This document shows, piece by piece, positions 11,967-23,991 of a stretch of 64,000 nucleotides of DNA. Under the pieces are notes generated by a model that saw only the letters and a list, made by a program, of their open reading frames with translations, did no database searches and was not told where the DNA came from. Position 1 is the stretch's first letter. Every line of letters starts with the position of its first letter. The position numbers were made by a program, and so were the translations under genes. Source of the DNA: Podarcis muralis. Its lineage: Eukaryota. The stretch is from contig NC_135655.1 in the NCBI RefSeq assembly GCF_964188315.1, forward strand, positions 101,494,001 through 101,558,000. Reading direction: 5' to 3'.

Positions 11967-14091
11967 GTATATTGAATTCACTAGCAATACTTCACTTTGG
12001 GTATAGAAATATGATGGCTAGAGAGATGCATGCAAAAAAGGAGCTAAAAATAAATGGTAGCTTTCATGTTTGCTTTATGTCCTAAATCATACAAGAAATC
12101 CTTTTCAGTTGCAATATACTTCTGTGAGACTCATAATTTAAAAACCTTTAATTTTCTTAAGTAGAGAGTCCAAACATCAGTTACTAATTCTTTGAGAGAA
12201 ATGGGGATGGTGTTATAGTGTTAATATGCAATATACAGACAAATGCTTGCCATGGCAACCAACAGTTCGTAGGGGTGAGTGCGAAGTCATAGGGAGTTTA
12301 CAAGTGCTTTCTCTTTTTCCAGCATAGGTGGCATATATGAATAATTTTCTACAATTTTGTGCTGTTGTATTGACTTGCTTGTCAATAGATTATTTTAATT
12401 CTGTTTTTAAACTGAGTAAGAATTGCAAGTATGCCATTTTTAGAAAAATAAAATATACCTTCCTTGTCAATTGAAGGATTCATTTAGAAAACAAATGTCT
12501 GCTTTCCGTCATAAAACACATTATTAAAGCCTGTCACTTCCTTATAAGATGTTTTAATGGCATTCACTTTATTGACTAAATTGAGGTCCTCTGATTGTTT
12601 ATACATGCACATTTTTTAAAAAACCAACAACAACATTTCCTTCCACCCTGCTTTATTATTATATCGAAGCAAAAGGCAATAATGTTGCCTGTAGACTGCC
12701 TCTGCTAAATTTTAAAGCAGTGTGCTAGTAATTCCTTTGTACACTTCACTCTTTGAATAACTTAATTTCAGTTTAATGCATTTTTAAAAATAATGCTTTC
12801 TGATACTGTGTTTTCTTAAGCTCATAGAAGCTTTAGTTACAGGAGTAATTTTCATTTGTTATGGCATTTAAGTGGGACAGGGCACATATCTTCATCAAGA
12901 ATTGTTGAATCGATTTGCAACTGAGAATAGTTTATCCAGTTTTTTGTTCTTGTAGCAACTATAAATGTTTTCATCCATACTCTCAGGTATCATGTATGAT
13001 GTCAATAGTAATAATGTGGTTCAAGAAGCCTAATAATAACAAGACTTGTCTCATAGTACTCAGAGAATCAATAGCCAGATGGTACTGGGATTCAGCTACC
13101 CACTCAGGGGTCATGTTTATTTTCTCTCTGTATCAATAATCTAAATATCAGTACTTGAGGTTTTGTTCTGAGAAAACAGGTAATGCAGATAATGTTGCTT
13201 TCCTGTACTGAGGGCTATAGAAATATATATTCTACCCATTCACAATTTTCAGAGGTCTTCATCAAGCATCTAGCTTTAAATTCATTGTAAAGCCAATTTG
13301 AATCGTTGGCCTGTCCAATTGGTTCTCATTTGAATTGTATTTGTACAGTGGATTGTAGAAGTGCTGTGAAAATACTTTCAGCATCTGCCTTTCATTTTGC
13401 CACATCTTTTAAGACAAATTAATGAGACTCTGTTTAGGTGAAGGGTAGGACCAGTGACAGCAATGGCTACAGTTTTTGTTCATGGGTGGTCTTTCAACTT
13501 TAAGACTCCTGTGTTAGTGAAGGGAATTGGACAGGTGCAACTTTCTATCCCTTTGCAGCTGCTCCTTCTGAAGTCCTCTTCTAAATAGGTATTAAAGGTA
13601 TAGGAACTCTAGCTTTGAAAGGTTTTTCCATTCCTGATCTAACTTACTAAAGGTAGACACCTGGCATTGCTGCTCCATGTCTGGTTCATGCATAGAAAAC
13701 ACTTAAATTTGTTCAAGCAAGTACAAATTATCTGTTCGATTTATGATGCTGTGTTCAGTGATTTTGTGTAACGTAAGTAATGTCACTATGTCATTAACTC
13801 CACTATATCTTGACCCATGTGTATAGTCAAATAATCTTATTTGTAGCCACCATCACTTGCGTCCCTGTGCATCGAATGTAGCAGGCTTATACAATGTTCA
13901 GGAAACTAGTTCTTAAGGTGCTACAGGACCTTTTCATTGTTACACTATGGAGACTGCTTGCAACCTTTCTTTGGAGTAAATTGGAAGAATTGTTGAGCTT
14001 TTCAGGGGGGCAGGGGGAATCTCCCCCCAAAAAACGAAGTTTGTAAGCTATTTTTAAGGAAATTCAGCAAAAAAAACGAGCACTTCCGACA

Positions 14092-14192
14092 TGGGTTGCC
14101 ATATGCCTAAGTAGACATTATTCTGCCTGGATGCTAATTCCAGCGGTCGAATCCTGGATATGACTGGGATATTCCGGACGTATGGCAACCTA
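14092..14192. mobile_element. Small TIR element (GGTTGCCATA...TATGGCAACC), probably hAT (MER53-like ends)
   Basis: 10-14 bp inverted termini; a related copy lies at about 44674-44798. Confidence 0.5.
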
Positions 14193-14273
14193 CAGGATTT
14201 TATCCTGTGAACTGCCCTGAGACCTACAGGTATAGGGAGGTATATAATTCAATCAATCAATTCCTCCAATGTC

Positions 14274-14600
14274 ATATGAAGAAGGAAAACTTGATAATGT
14301 CACACAGCCCTGCTGAATACTATGCTATCTAGTGCAGCATTTTTTTCTCACAGTGACCAACCAGGTGGCTTTGGGAAGCCTGCAGCAGGACATCAATGCA
14401 TGAACATTCTTCCCTACAAGATCCCCAGCAATGGTATTCATACTGCCTCTAATGTTGGAGGTAATATATAGTCATCATGGCACGTGACCATTGACAGCCT
14501 TATCCTCTGAATTCATTTAGTTCCCTTTTAAAGCCATCCAGGTTGGTGGCCACATTGCTACATCTTGTTAAAACTATGCACCGTGTGAAGAAATACACAC
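14274..14600 (-). mobile_element. CR1-type 3' end, degenerate
   Basis: Same pattern (TCTCACAGTGACCAACCAG...TTTAAAAGCCATCCAGGTTGGTGGCCA). Confidence 0.7.
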
Positions 14601-14659
14601 ATTCAATTTCTGAAAGAGGAGGAGAATGTGTGAGGGCTTTTGTGCCTATATATCTGATA

Positions 14660-15014
14660 GCGGGTGGCACTGTGGGTTAAACCACAGAGCCTAGGACTTG
14701 CCGATCAGAAGGTTGGCGGTTTGAATCCCTGCGGCGGGTGAGCTCCCGTTGCTCGGTCCCTGCTCCTGCCCACCTAGCAGTTCAAAAGCACGTCAAAGTG
14801 CAAGTAGATAAATAGGTACCGCTCTGGCGGGAAGGTGAACGACGTTTCCGTGCGCTGCTCTGGTTCGCCAGAGGTGGCTTAGTCATGCTGGCCACATGAC
14901 CCGGAAGCTGTACGCCGGCTCCCTCGGACAATAAAGCAAGATGAGCGCCGCAACCCCAGAGTCGGTCACGACTGGATCTAATGGTCAGGGGTCCCTTTAC
15001 CCTTTACCTTTTTT
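14660..15014 (+). mobile_element. Sauria SINE with 9-bp TSD TATCTGATA
   Basis: Consensus body, (ACCTTT)n tail; TSD at 14651-14659 and 15015-15023. Confidence 0.94.
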
Positions 15015-16374
15015 TATCTGATAACACCTCTTTCACGGGTGGACTGTGCATTAGATTATGCAAAATCAAACAGCATGTCTCTAAACTAGATAGCTTCGGT
15101 CCAAATTGTTTCTTGCATGTTGGAAAGCATTTGAATACATGGAGGGCTCTTTTATTGCCACCAAGTCTCCCACGCACACTGCATCTACTTGCACCACATC
15201 ACGTTGCATTTTGAAGGGTTTCCCTGAGTCTCAGCAGAGTTTTTTGTGGGGGCCACTGCAGGAAGGAGGAGGTTGTCAAGCCCTACCACAAATGCAGAGC
15301 ACTGTCCGCAGTTCTTAGGATCCAACATCTTGCTTGCATGTTGTGCAATGACTATGAAACCCAGAGTAATGTTTTTGGTGAAAGGTTCACTTTCGAAAAT
15401 TAAATCCATCATACACTTCCATTTCTATGTATTAAACGTTAGTTTATAGTAAGGTACAATTTGAATTTATATTACTCTACGCTGTAAAATCCCTGCTCTA
15501 TATGCACATCAAGATTAAGTAAATATTGTGCTGCAGAATAGATTTATTAGGAACTATTTCTACCTCCTATTTTCATTTTTGCCTATATGACCTAGTTTTT
15601 GAAAACCTAGGTTGGAATTTGCTGCATTGCTGATGTTTTCCTTTCAATCCATAGAAATTATTTTGTTACTAGTAAATTAGTTCTGCAGCACTGATAAATG
15701 TAGCATAACTAAAACAGCATGTCCAAGAATATGAGTAATCATTGCTTTTATTCAAACTATGCATAAAGAATATCATTTTTTTATATTTCTACATCAATCT
15801 GTTATGTAGCATAGAATTTCATGACTATGCTGTGCTATGACCACATGCTTTCTTGTTAATTATTCAAACACATGCTGTATAGATGGACTTATACATAGGG
15901 TGTTCACCTATAGCATAGTTATGTACTGAACACTCAAATGATCTATCAGGAGTATAGTTACACAGCATTTTCTGATGGTGTACTATTATCAAACAGAATT
16001 CTGAGTCCTCCAGAGTTTTTATAAACAAAAACATTGAACTTGCTACTTTGTGTTTGACAGCCATTTCCAAACTCTTGACTGACAGTTTTCAGAGTTAAAA
16101 ATTCTGAATTTCACTGAAAAATACTATTTTGTTTTCATTTGATTGAATGTGTTTGACCAAAACTTTCATAATCTTACATATACTGATATTTTATACAGAC
16201 AAATATTAGTGACTCTGAAGGAAGATAGGCACCTGTATACATATGAAAGATGCATCTAGTTAATTCAGTAAGACCTGAGGGTGTGTGAGAGAATGTTGTT
16301 GGAAATGTGATGTGCAGTGAAATCCTATACATGCCTACTCAGAGGTAAGCCCCATTTAGTTCATTAGGACTGAA

Positions 16375-16727
16375 AAAGGTAAAGGTAAAGGACCTCTGAC
16401 AGTTAAGTCCAGTCGCGAACAACTCTGGGGTTGTGGCGCTCATCTCGGTTTACTGGCAAGGGAGCTGACGTTTGTCCGCAGACAGTTTTTCTGGGTCATG
16501 TGGCCAGCATGACTAAGCCGTTTCTGGCAAAACCAGAGCAGCGCATGGAAACACTGTTTACCTTCCCACCAGAGCGGTTCCTATTTATCTACTTGCACTT
16601 GACATGCTTTCGAACGGCTAGGTTGGCAGGAGCTGGGACCAAGCAACAGGAGCTCACCTCGTCACGGGGATGTGAACCGCCGACCTTCTGATCGGCAAGC
16701 CCGAGGCTTAGTGGTTTACACCATAGC
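16375..16727 (-). mobile_element. Sauria SINE, slightly 5'-truncated, inserted into a short palindromic repeat
   Basis: (AAAGGT)n tail and reverse consensus body; AGGACT on both flanks. Confidence 0.9.
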
Positions 16728-17628
16728 AGGACTTACTCTCAGCAAATGTGAATAGGATTTGAGCCATAGATTTATGTTGGCTATATGTGTGAAGGCTGCT
16801 TCTGCATTCATTGCTGGATTAGAGCAATAGGCCTCAAGTTGAACACTTGTGTGATTCTTCATTGTTATACCTGTGTTGTATGGGTGTAGTTTTTATGTAG
16901 TTTGGAAACTTCCTTTGGATTTATTCTTTTAAACCCTTTGCTATCTTTGTCTTCGAGTTTGGTGAAGCCCAAACTTTTGTGTGTAATTCTGTGAATCCTA
17001 ACTTCCATTTTTGCAGGGATGTGTTTTAAGAACATAGAGGCAGGCTCAAGGGCTTTGAGGCTGTGCCTGTATCTACCCCCTCCTTCATGGCCCCCAGCTA
17101 CCTTCCCTCACTGTGTCTAAACCAGGAGGGTGCTTGACTCCAGCTACCATCATCCTTGACTATTGGTCATGTTGGATGGAGCTGATGGCAGCTGGAGTCC
17201 AATAAAATCTGGAGGGTATGACTTTGCTAGCTCCTGGTCTAAACCCTAATTCTTGCTATTTGACTGATATCTCAAGGCCAGTTAAAAATATGCAAATACC
17301 AAATTACTGAGTTCAAAATAAAGCATGCCAAATTCATTTTCAAAATACACAGCCTGAACATACTGATTTCCATAATTATTAGTATAATGTGTAATGTATT
17401 TAATCTACCATTATGATCAAAGTTCATTGCTTAACATGAAACAACAGATGAGTTGCATATTCTTCGTTAGAAGTTAAATATTGTTCAAAGCCATACAAGG
17501 GAATACACATTAAGGGAATGTGTATGCATCTTACAGAATTCTGTAAGTAACATAATTTGATTTGCCATAATATTTTGTTGTTGCTTACTGCAATCCTATG
17601 TGCACGTTTGCACTGAAATACCATAGGG

Positions 17629-17865
17629 CATGGGTAGGCAAACTAAGGCCCAGGGGCTGGATCCGGCCCAATTGCCTTCTAAATCCGGCCCTCGGACGGT
17701 TTGGGAATCAACATGTTTTTAGATGAGTAGAATGTGTCCTTTTGTTCAAAATGCATCTCCGGGTTATTTGTGGGGCATAGGAATTTGTTCATATAGTTTT
17801 TTTCAAAATATAGTCTGGCCCCCCACAAGGTCTGGGGTACAGCAAAAAAAGTTTGCTGACCCCTG
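17629..17865. mobile_element. hAT (Charlie-like) non-autonomous element, 8-bp TSD with 1 mismatch
   Basis: CATGGGTAGGCAAACT ... AGTTTGCTGACCCCTG; flanks CCATAGGG / ACATAGGG. Confidence 0.78.
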
Positions 17866-18015
17866 ACATAGGGCTTACTGAAGCATTCAGTGGGGCTTAC
17901 TCCCAGGTAAGTTAGGTTTGCTACCTTAGTGTAGAATTAGATCTTTGGATAAAAAAAGCAATAACAGCAGACTTTGTCTGAAAGGATCAGGTTTTGCATA
18001 GGCATGTTAGTGAGA

Positions 18016-18075
18016 TTAGGCTTCTGTATTGAGATGAATCTTCTCTTTAGGCTTCTTTATTGAGATGAATCTTCT
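18016..18075. repeat. 29-bp near-perfect duplication, 31-bp period (TTAGGCTTCT[G/T]TATTGAGATGAATCTTCT)
   Basis: Directly visible, 1 mismatch. Confidence 0.9.
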
Positions 18076-18374
18076 TCCAAACTTAGTGAGTGAAAATAAA
18101 GCAGAGTCATTGCTGCTAATGCAGGGTCAAGGAATTAAAACAACAACAACACAAAAATATATAGCTCTTCTTTAATGTTCCCAAATTTTTTTCTGGGGGC
18201 TAGTGTGTGGCACCATGCATAGCTTGCACAGTTTTTGTGTGGCCTATGATGTACTGTCTCAGAGGTCACCAAACTCCTTGGGCCAGTGGGCATATGTAGA
18301 ATTTAAGAGAAGTGCTAGTCACAAAATGGCTGCTGCAAGGTGTGTGGCATAACACCAAAAAAAATGGTTGCTAC

Positions 18375-18376
<2 letters not shown>

Positions 18377-18429
<53 letters not shown>
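18377..18429. repeat. (TTA)n microsatellite
   Basis: Directly visible. Confidence 0.98.
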
Positions 18430-18431
<2 letters not shown>

Positions 18432-20370
18432 AATATCTCTATTTTCAAGTTACATTTTCTCCAAATGAGTTTCATTTGTTGAGATATTAGTGTTACATTA
18501 GGAAGGAAAGGGGGAAAGAGGTGGAGGGGGGAATGGTGAGTGGAGTGGGGTTGGGTGGCAATGCTTCTATTCTACTTAGTGTATGTGTGCTTATTTTTGT
18601 CTGTCTTATCTTTTTGAACATATTTTCAGGGTGCTTAGCCCCCTTCCTGCTAGGCTCTTCCTGCTAAGAGTCAGCCTAGAAAACTTTATAAGAAAGTAGG
18701 AAAGAGTGATACCCTTCCTTCCCCTCCCCCTGCGTTTGCTTCCCTCCCCACTTCCAAAGTGGGTAAGGGTAGAGGCAAAGCCAGAGGTCTCATGGCCACC
18801 AGAGAGCATCTTGGGTGCTATTGTGCCTGCAGACACCACGTAATTCTGTGGTTAAAGGGTATACTTCACAACGCAGCAACACTGAGCTGCTCAGTAACAA
18901 GGAAATCAGTGCATAGAAGACACCTTTGCATTTCCTCATAATCTCTTGCATAAAACAATTTTCAACTCAATTTGGTGAGCCACCGATAATACCATTATCA
19001 TGGATAATGAAAGCATCTATTCCTTGTCAGCTTTGTCATTTTTAGGATTGAAAAGGACAGTAGCTGGAGAACAGTTTGTTGGAAAAAATGCTCCCCAAGT
19101 GCCTGATGAACCCAGCATTTAATCACTCGATAAAAATACTGCAGTGTGATATGTAATGTGATATTTTTAAAAGTGATTTAATGGCTGTTGTCACAAGAAG
19201 TTCTTTTGTGCAGTTAAAAAGCACTAAGGATGAAATAATTTCTCAGAAAATAGGAAGGTGTTTTTCCTTATCTAAGTTTGAGTAATGAACCAAGTTGGTG
19301 GTAATCCAAATGTGTTAACGTTATGTATTATTCTCTTGTATGGAGTTCTTTATGTCCTAGGGGCAGTGTTATATGGAAGTGGGGGGAGGGAATGCAGCAG
19401 CAAGTTTGAACTCCTTTTTCATAAATATAAATTAAGTTCATGGACCAGGTCATTGGAGTATTTTTTGTTTTGTTACTCTTTGCTAACATAAAATCAAAAA
19501 TACAAATAAATAAACAAAATATAATTTCTCTGACAATGAATGGAAATAAAATATATACATCTATAGACATGGAAAATAATAAATCATTTTGAGGGCCCTT
19601 GAGACCCTAGCTCTGTAGTTCTTTCAGTTTCCCATTCCATGCAGCTGAGGTAAAAATGACCCCAACATTTTCAGCAGCTAGTGCCAGGGGAGCATGCACC
19701 ACCACACAGCATTGGCTCTTTTTTTTTAAGATTGAGGAATGAACATAGTGAAAACCAAGTTTTACCAAATTTTTCCACGAACGTCTTTCAATCAGTTTGT
19801 CGCCATTATCCAAGTGAGCTTGACCACGGTTACAGTGCACTCTCATGGGTCTTGTATCATTAAGTTGTATAATCTGGTCGTTTATTTCACACCTGATTGC
19901 CTAGGATGTGAAAAATCTGTTTTGAGGGTATCAGCCTTCCTTATTGCTACATATTTGTTGTGTCATAGATAAGACCATATGGTTTCTATGCATTCATTGC
20001 CTCACCTGCTTTTGCCCACACCCACCACTGACTGTGGCACCTAGAATATTGACAGAATGCAACCCTCTGGCGAAGAACGGTTCCCCATCCTTTCTCCAGC
20101 AATTGTCTAGATTCATAATTATCAAGGTGTTCCTTCTTTTGTAGTATATAGCTGCACATGATTCTGATTTACTCGTATGACAGTCACTATTCTTGCTTGG
20201 GATCATTTGCTTTCAACTCGTATCTTTCCCACCTCAGTAATTAAACATAAAATCAAATGGATTCACGTAGATTACGTATTGCATCTGTAAAAGATTTGGG
20301 CTTTGCTTAACTGTTTCAGTCTAATCCATAATCATTGGGGCTGGGTGGGAGTTCAGTCTCAGGCAGAATA

Positions 20371-20602
20371 CAGTGGTACCTCGGGTTAAGAACTTAATTC
20401 GTTCTGGAGGTCCATTCTTAACCTGAAACTGTTCTTAACCTGAAACTGTTCTTAACCTGAGGTACCACTTTAGCTAATGGGGCCTCCCGCTGCCGCCACA
20501 TGATTTCTATTCTCATCCTGAAGCAACATTCTTAACCCGAGGTACTATTTCTGGGTTAGCGGAGTCTGTAACCTGAAGCATCTGTAGCCCGAGGTACCAC
20601 TG
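20371..20602. mobile_element. Tc1/mariner-type MITE, TIR CAGTGGTACCTCGGG, TA TSD
   Basis: 15-bp perfect TIRs, TA on both flanks; internal TTCTTAACCTGAAACTG repeats. Confidence 0.9.
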
Positions 20603-21998
20603 TATATTGTAGTAGAAAGCACAGGGCATGAGGTATGCTATGATGTTATAGGGGAGGCAATTGAAGGGCATGGCTGTGCGAATGTGTCCTTGCACATACT
20701 GCCAAGGAAGTCCCACTGTAATCCTCTGGTAAACATATTAATGATAGGTTGTAAGATGGCATGAACTCACAATAGTATAGAGCATCAACCAGGTTCTAAA
20801 CAGTTAATTTAGTGCTAATATATTGCCAATTATGCAAGAAGTGCTCTTTCATTGCAGACTTTTCATGAAATAGTTGATTATTTTGCTGAATGTTTCAGTA
20901 AACAACTTTAAGAACAGCACTTCAGGAAAACATTATGTGTCTAAAAATAGCTTCAGCACAAAAGCATAATTTGCAGGTTTAATTTGCTATCCCACTATAT
21001 TTTTGACATTTTCTTGCACAGAGGCTTGATCTGAATGACTTATTATTTCTCTGCACTATTAGTGCTCCAGTTGCAAGGCAAGACAATTTAAAGTAATTTT
21101 ATACTATTTAATTCCTTTCGCTCTTCTTGCATGGATACAGTTTTTTTAAAAAATTGTTCTTTATAGTAGTGTATATTTCAAAACTGAGATATGGGTATGA
21201 GGAATGTAAAAAAGATATTGATGTTAAGTGTAGCTGATCAGATTCAGCGACTGTATATCCAGTTGCCTGGTGATGTTTAAAAAACATGTAAGTAAAGAGG
21301 AGCCATGTTTGTTTCTAGGGTCTGGGCTTGAGGAGGGTTGAATGTGTCTGGTTTAATGAAAAGCTGTTACGATTGAAATCAATTTTTTTTTTAAAAAAAA
21401 TTGATCTCTAGTTCTTGCCTCATATTAAGGTACTTATAAAATATGTAGCTAAGTGGATCCATGCCATTTTTGGTAAATACAGGTAACTCCCCATTTGTGT
21501 GCTTTCAGCACATGCATGACCGCATGGCCCCCGTGAGGCCGAACCAGTTGTGCTGTCCTAAAACTGCCTCTAATTCTGTTCCCCTCCTATTCAGTTTTCC
21601 TCCCATGACCTGACAGTATGCCATGTCCGCTGAATTTTGCGTGTGTGAGGTAGGGGCTTTCTTTGGGGGGAGGAGACAGTTGTGCCCTATTCCAGCTGCT
21701 TAAATATTTTATCTCTTTTTTATCCCTGGGAACACTGACTTCTATGGGACAGGATGCAACCTCTTAAGGAAGCTTGGTTCCCTAGCCAGTGGCAGAGGCC
21801 AGAGCCTGATTTGCTTTGCTTTTATAGTCCTACAGAAATCATGGGGTTGTTTCTTTAACTACTTTTCTGCAGATTTTTTGTAGTAGTATGCACCTCAGGA
21901 TTATCCCAAGCATGCCAGTCTCTCTCTTTCTCTTTTGTATGATTGGTATGGTTTTGGCTAAAGTGCTAAAAGACTCAAATCAGTACCAGTATATAGTA

Positions 21999-22134
21999 CA
22001 GGCATCCCCAACCTTTAGCCCTCCAGATGTTTTGGACTATAATTCCCATCATCCCTGACCACTGGTCCTGTTAGCTAGGGATGATGGGGGTTTTAGGCCA
22101 AAACATCTGGAGGGCCGCAGGTTGGGGATGCCTG
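21999..22134. mobile_element. hAT MITE, 136 bp, 8-bp TSD ATATAGTA
   Basis: CAGGCATCCCCAACCT ... AGGTTGGGGATGCCTG; same core as 11391; TSD at 21991-21998 and 22135-22142. Confidence 0.92.
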
Positions 22135-22621
22135 ATATAGTATATAGACAAGCAGAGCTGTGCGACAAAATGTTGCTGTTTGTTTGTGTTATGTTTGTGT
22201 TATCTGAACTGTGGGCTGAGACAGTTGAAGAATAAATGCTGGCATCAAATATAGTTCCTGCTCTCTTTTGGGCCTTACTTCAAGTAGTTGTTGGTTTTGA
22301 ACATTTAAAAATGTGATCATTCTGCATGCATGTCAGTGGTGCATGAAGCTTCCAGATAAAACTGAGTTCTTGATCTGCCTAGGAGTAGCCCCACCTCTTG
22401 TCTGAAATATAACACTGCCCTGACTACATTGTAAGGCAGCTGAAAACGTAGCCCACCGACATACAATAGTGGGTAACAGAGAACTACACTATAGGCTTGT
22501 TGTACACTACTCTCTCAGCTTCGGCACAACCTGAAATTCAGCAAAAGGGATATAATAATTCTGGACAACCCAGCAGCTTTGTTGTAAAACACCAAGAACC
22601 TGACCTGAAATATTTAGTGTG

Positions 22622-23213
22622 TACTTTCTTGGGCTCCATGATCACTGCAGATAGTGACAGCAGTCACGAAATTAAAAGACGCCTGCTCCTTGGGAGAAAG
22701 GCGATGGCAAACCTAGACAACATCTTAAAAAGCAGAGACATCACCTTGCCAACAAAGGTCCGTATAGTTAAAGCCATGGCTTTCCCAGTAGTGATGTATG
22801 GAAGTGAAAGCTGGACCATCAAGAAGGCTGATCGCCGAAGAATTGATGCTTTTGAATTATGGTGCTGGAGGAGACTCTTGAGAGTTCCGTGGACTGCAAG
22901 AAGATCAAACGCATCCATTCTTAAGGAAATTAGCCCTGAGTGCTCACTGGAAGGACAGAACCTGAAGCTGAGGCTCCAATACTTTGGCCACCTCATGAGA
23001 AGAGAAGACTCCCTGGAAAAGACCCTGATGTTGGGAAAGATTGAGGGCACAAGGAGAAGGGGACGACAGAGGATGAGATGGTTGGACAGTGTTCTCGAAG
23101 CTACAAACATGAGTCTGACCAAATTGCGGGAGGCAGTGGAAGACGAGTGTCTGGCGTGCTCTGGTCCATGGGGTCACGAAGAGTCGGACACGACTAAACA
23201 ACAACAACAACAA
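22622..23213 (+). mobile_element. RTE Bov-B LINE, 5'-truncated 3' end with (CAA)n tail
   Basis: ORF2 C-terminus FLGSMITADSDSSHEIKRRLLLGRKAM...RRIDAFELWCWRRLLRVPWTARRSN...LQYFGHLMRR...GRQRMRWLD, characteristic of Bov-B. Confidence 0.95.
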
Positions 23214-23335
23214 TTCAGAGTTGTCATAATTCACTCTTTTCAGTTACAACCCCTCCCAACCTGCATATGGGGACAGTGAATTACAATTGCTTTGGAATAT
23301 TTGTTAGGGTTTTGACTTTGACGTGTTTTACACTA

Positions 23336-23589
23336 CAGTGGTACCTCGGGATGCGAACGGGATCCGTTCCAAAGCCCCATTCGCATCCCGAACGGAACAC
23401 AAGATGCAACGGCGCGTCTGCACGTGCGTGGGTCGCGTTTCACCGCTTCCGCGTGTGCGCGTGATGTCATTTTGAGCGCATGTGCGAGCGGCGAAACCCG
23501 GAAGTAACGCACTCCATTACTTCCGGGTTGCCACAGAGTGCAACTCGAACATGCTCAACCCGAAGCACATTCAACTCGAGGTACAACTG
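23336..23589. mobile_element. Tc1/mariner-type MITE, second family with the same TIR
   Basis: TA-CAGTGGTACCTCGGG ... CTCGAGGTACAACTG-TA; CpG-rich, unrelated interior. Confidence 0.85.
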
Positions 23590-23687
23590 TAATGAGTTAG
23601 AAAGAGCAGTAACTCTTCTCTTTGCCACTACTTATTCAGTGCCTGGCGAGCGTGAGCAGACCCCTGGTGCTCAGTCCCATCTACCAA

Positions 23688-23991
23688 ATCTGCGTGACGG
23701 GGTGAACTCCTGTTGCTTTGTCGCAGCTTCTGCCAACCTAGCAGTTTGGAAGCACACCAGTGCAAGTAGATAAATAGCTACCGCTGTGGCGGGAAGTTAA
23801 ATGGCGTTTCCGTGCACTCTGGTTTCCATCACAGTGTCCCGTTGCGCCAGATGCGGTTTAGTCATGCTGGCCACATGACCAATAAAGCTGTCTGTGGCAA
23901 ACACCGGCTCCCTTGGGCTGAAGCTAAATGAGCGCCGCACCCCATTTGACTGGACTTAACCATCCGTGGGTCCTTTACCTTACCTTTACCT
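23688..23991 (+). mobile_element. Sauria SINE, diverged and 5'-truncated
   Basis: CTGCCAACCTAGCAG...AGTGCAAGTAGATAAATAG...AGTCATGCTGGCCACATGACC, TTTACC tail. Confidence 0.85.

Noticed and set aside
12165-12274. Possible 5' UTR exon (TAG acceptor, GGG|GTGAGT donor)
   Set aside because: Acceptor is weak and ambiguous, with no independent support; only the X-box motif was kept.
22497-23279. 260-aa ORF as a host or horizontally acquired gene
   Set aside because: It is the 3' end of a Bov-B ORF2 fused by chance to upstream intron sequence; the antisense ORFs are a known by-product of Bov-B.
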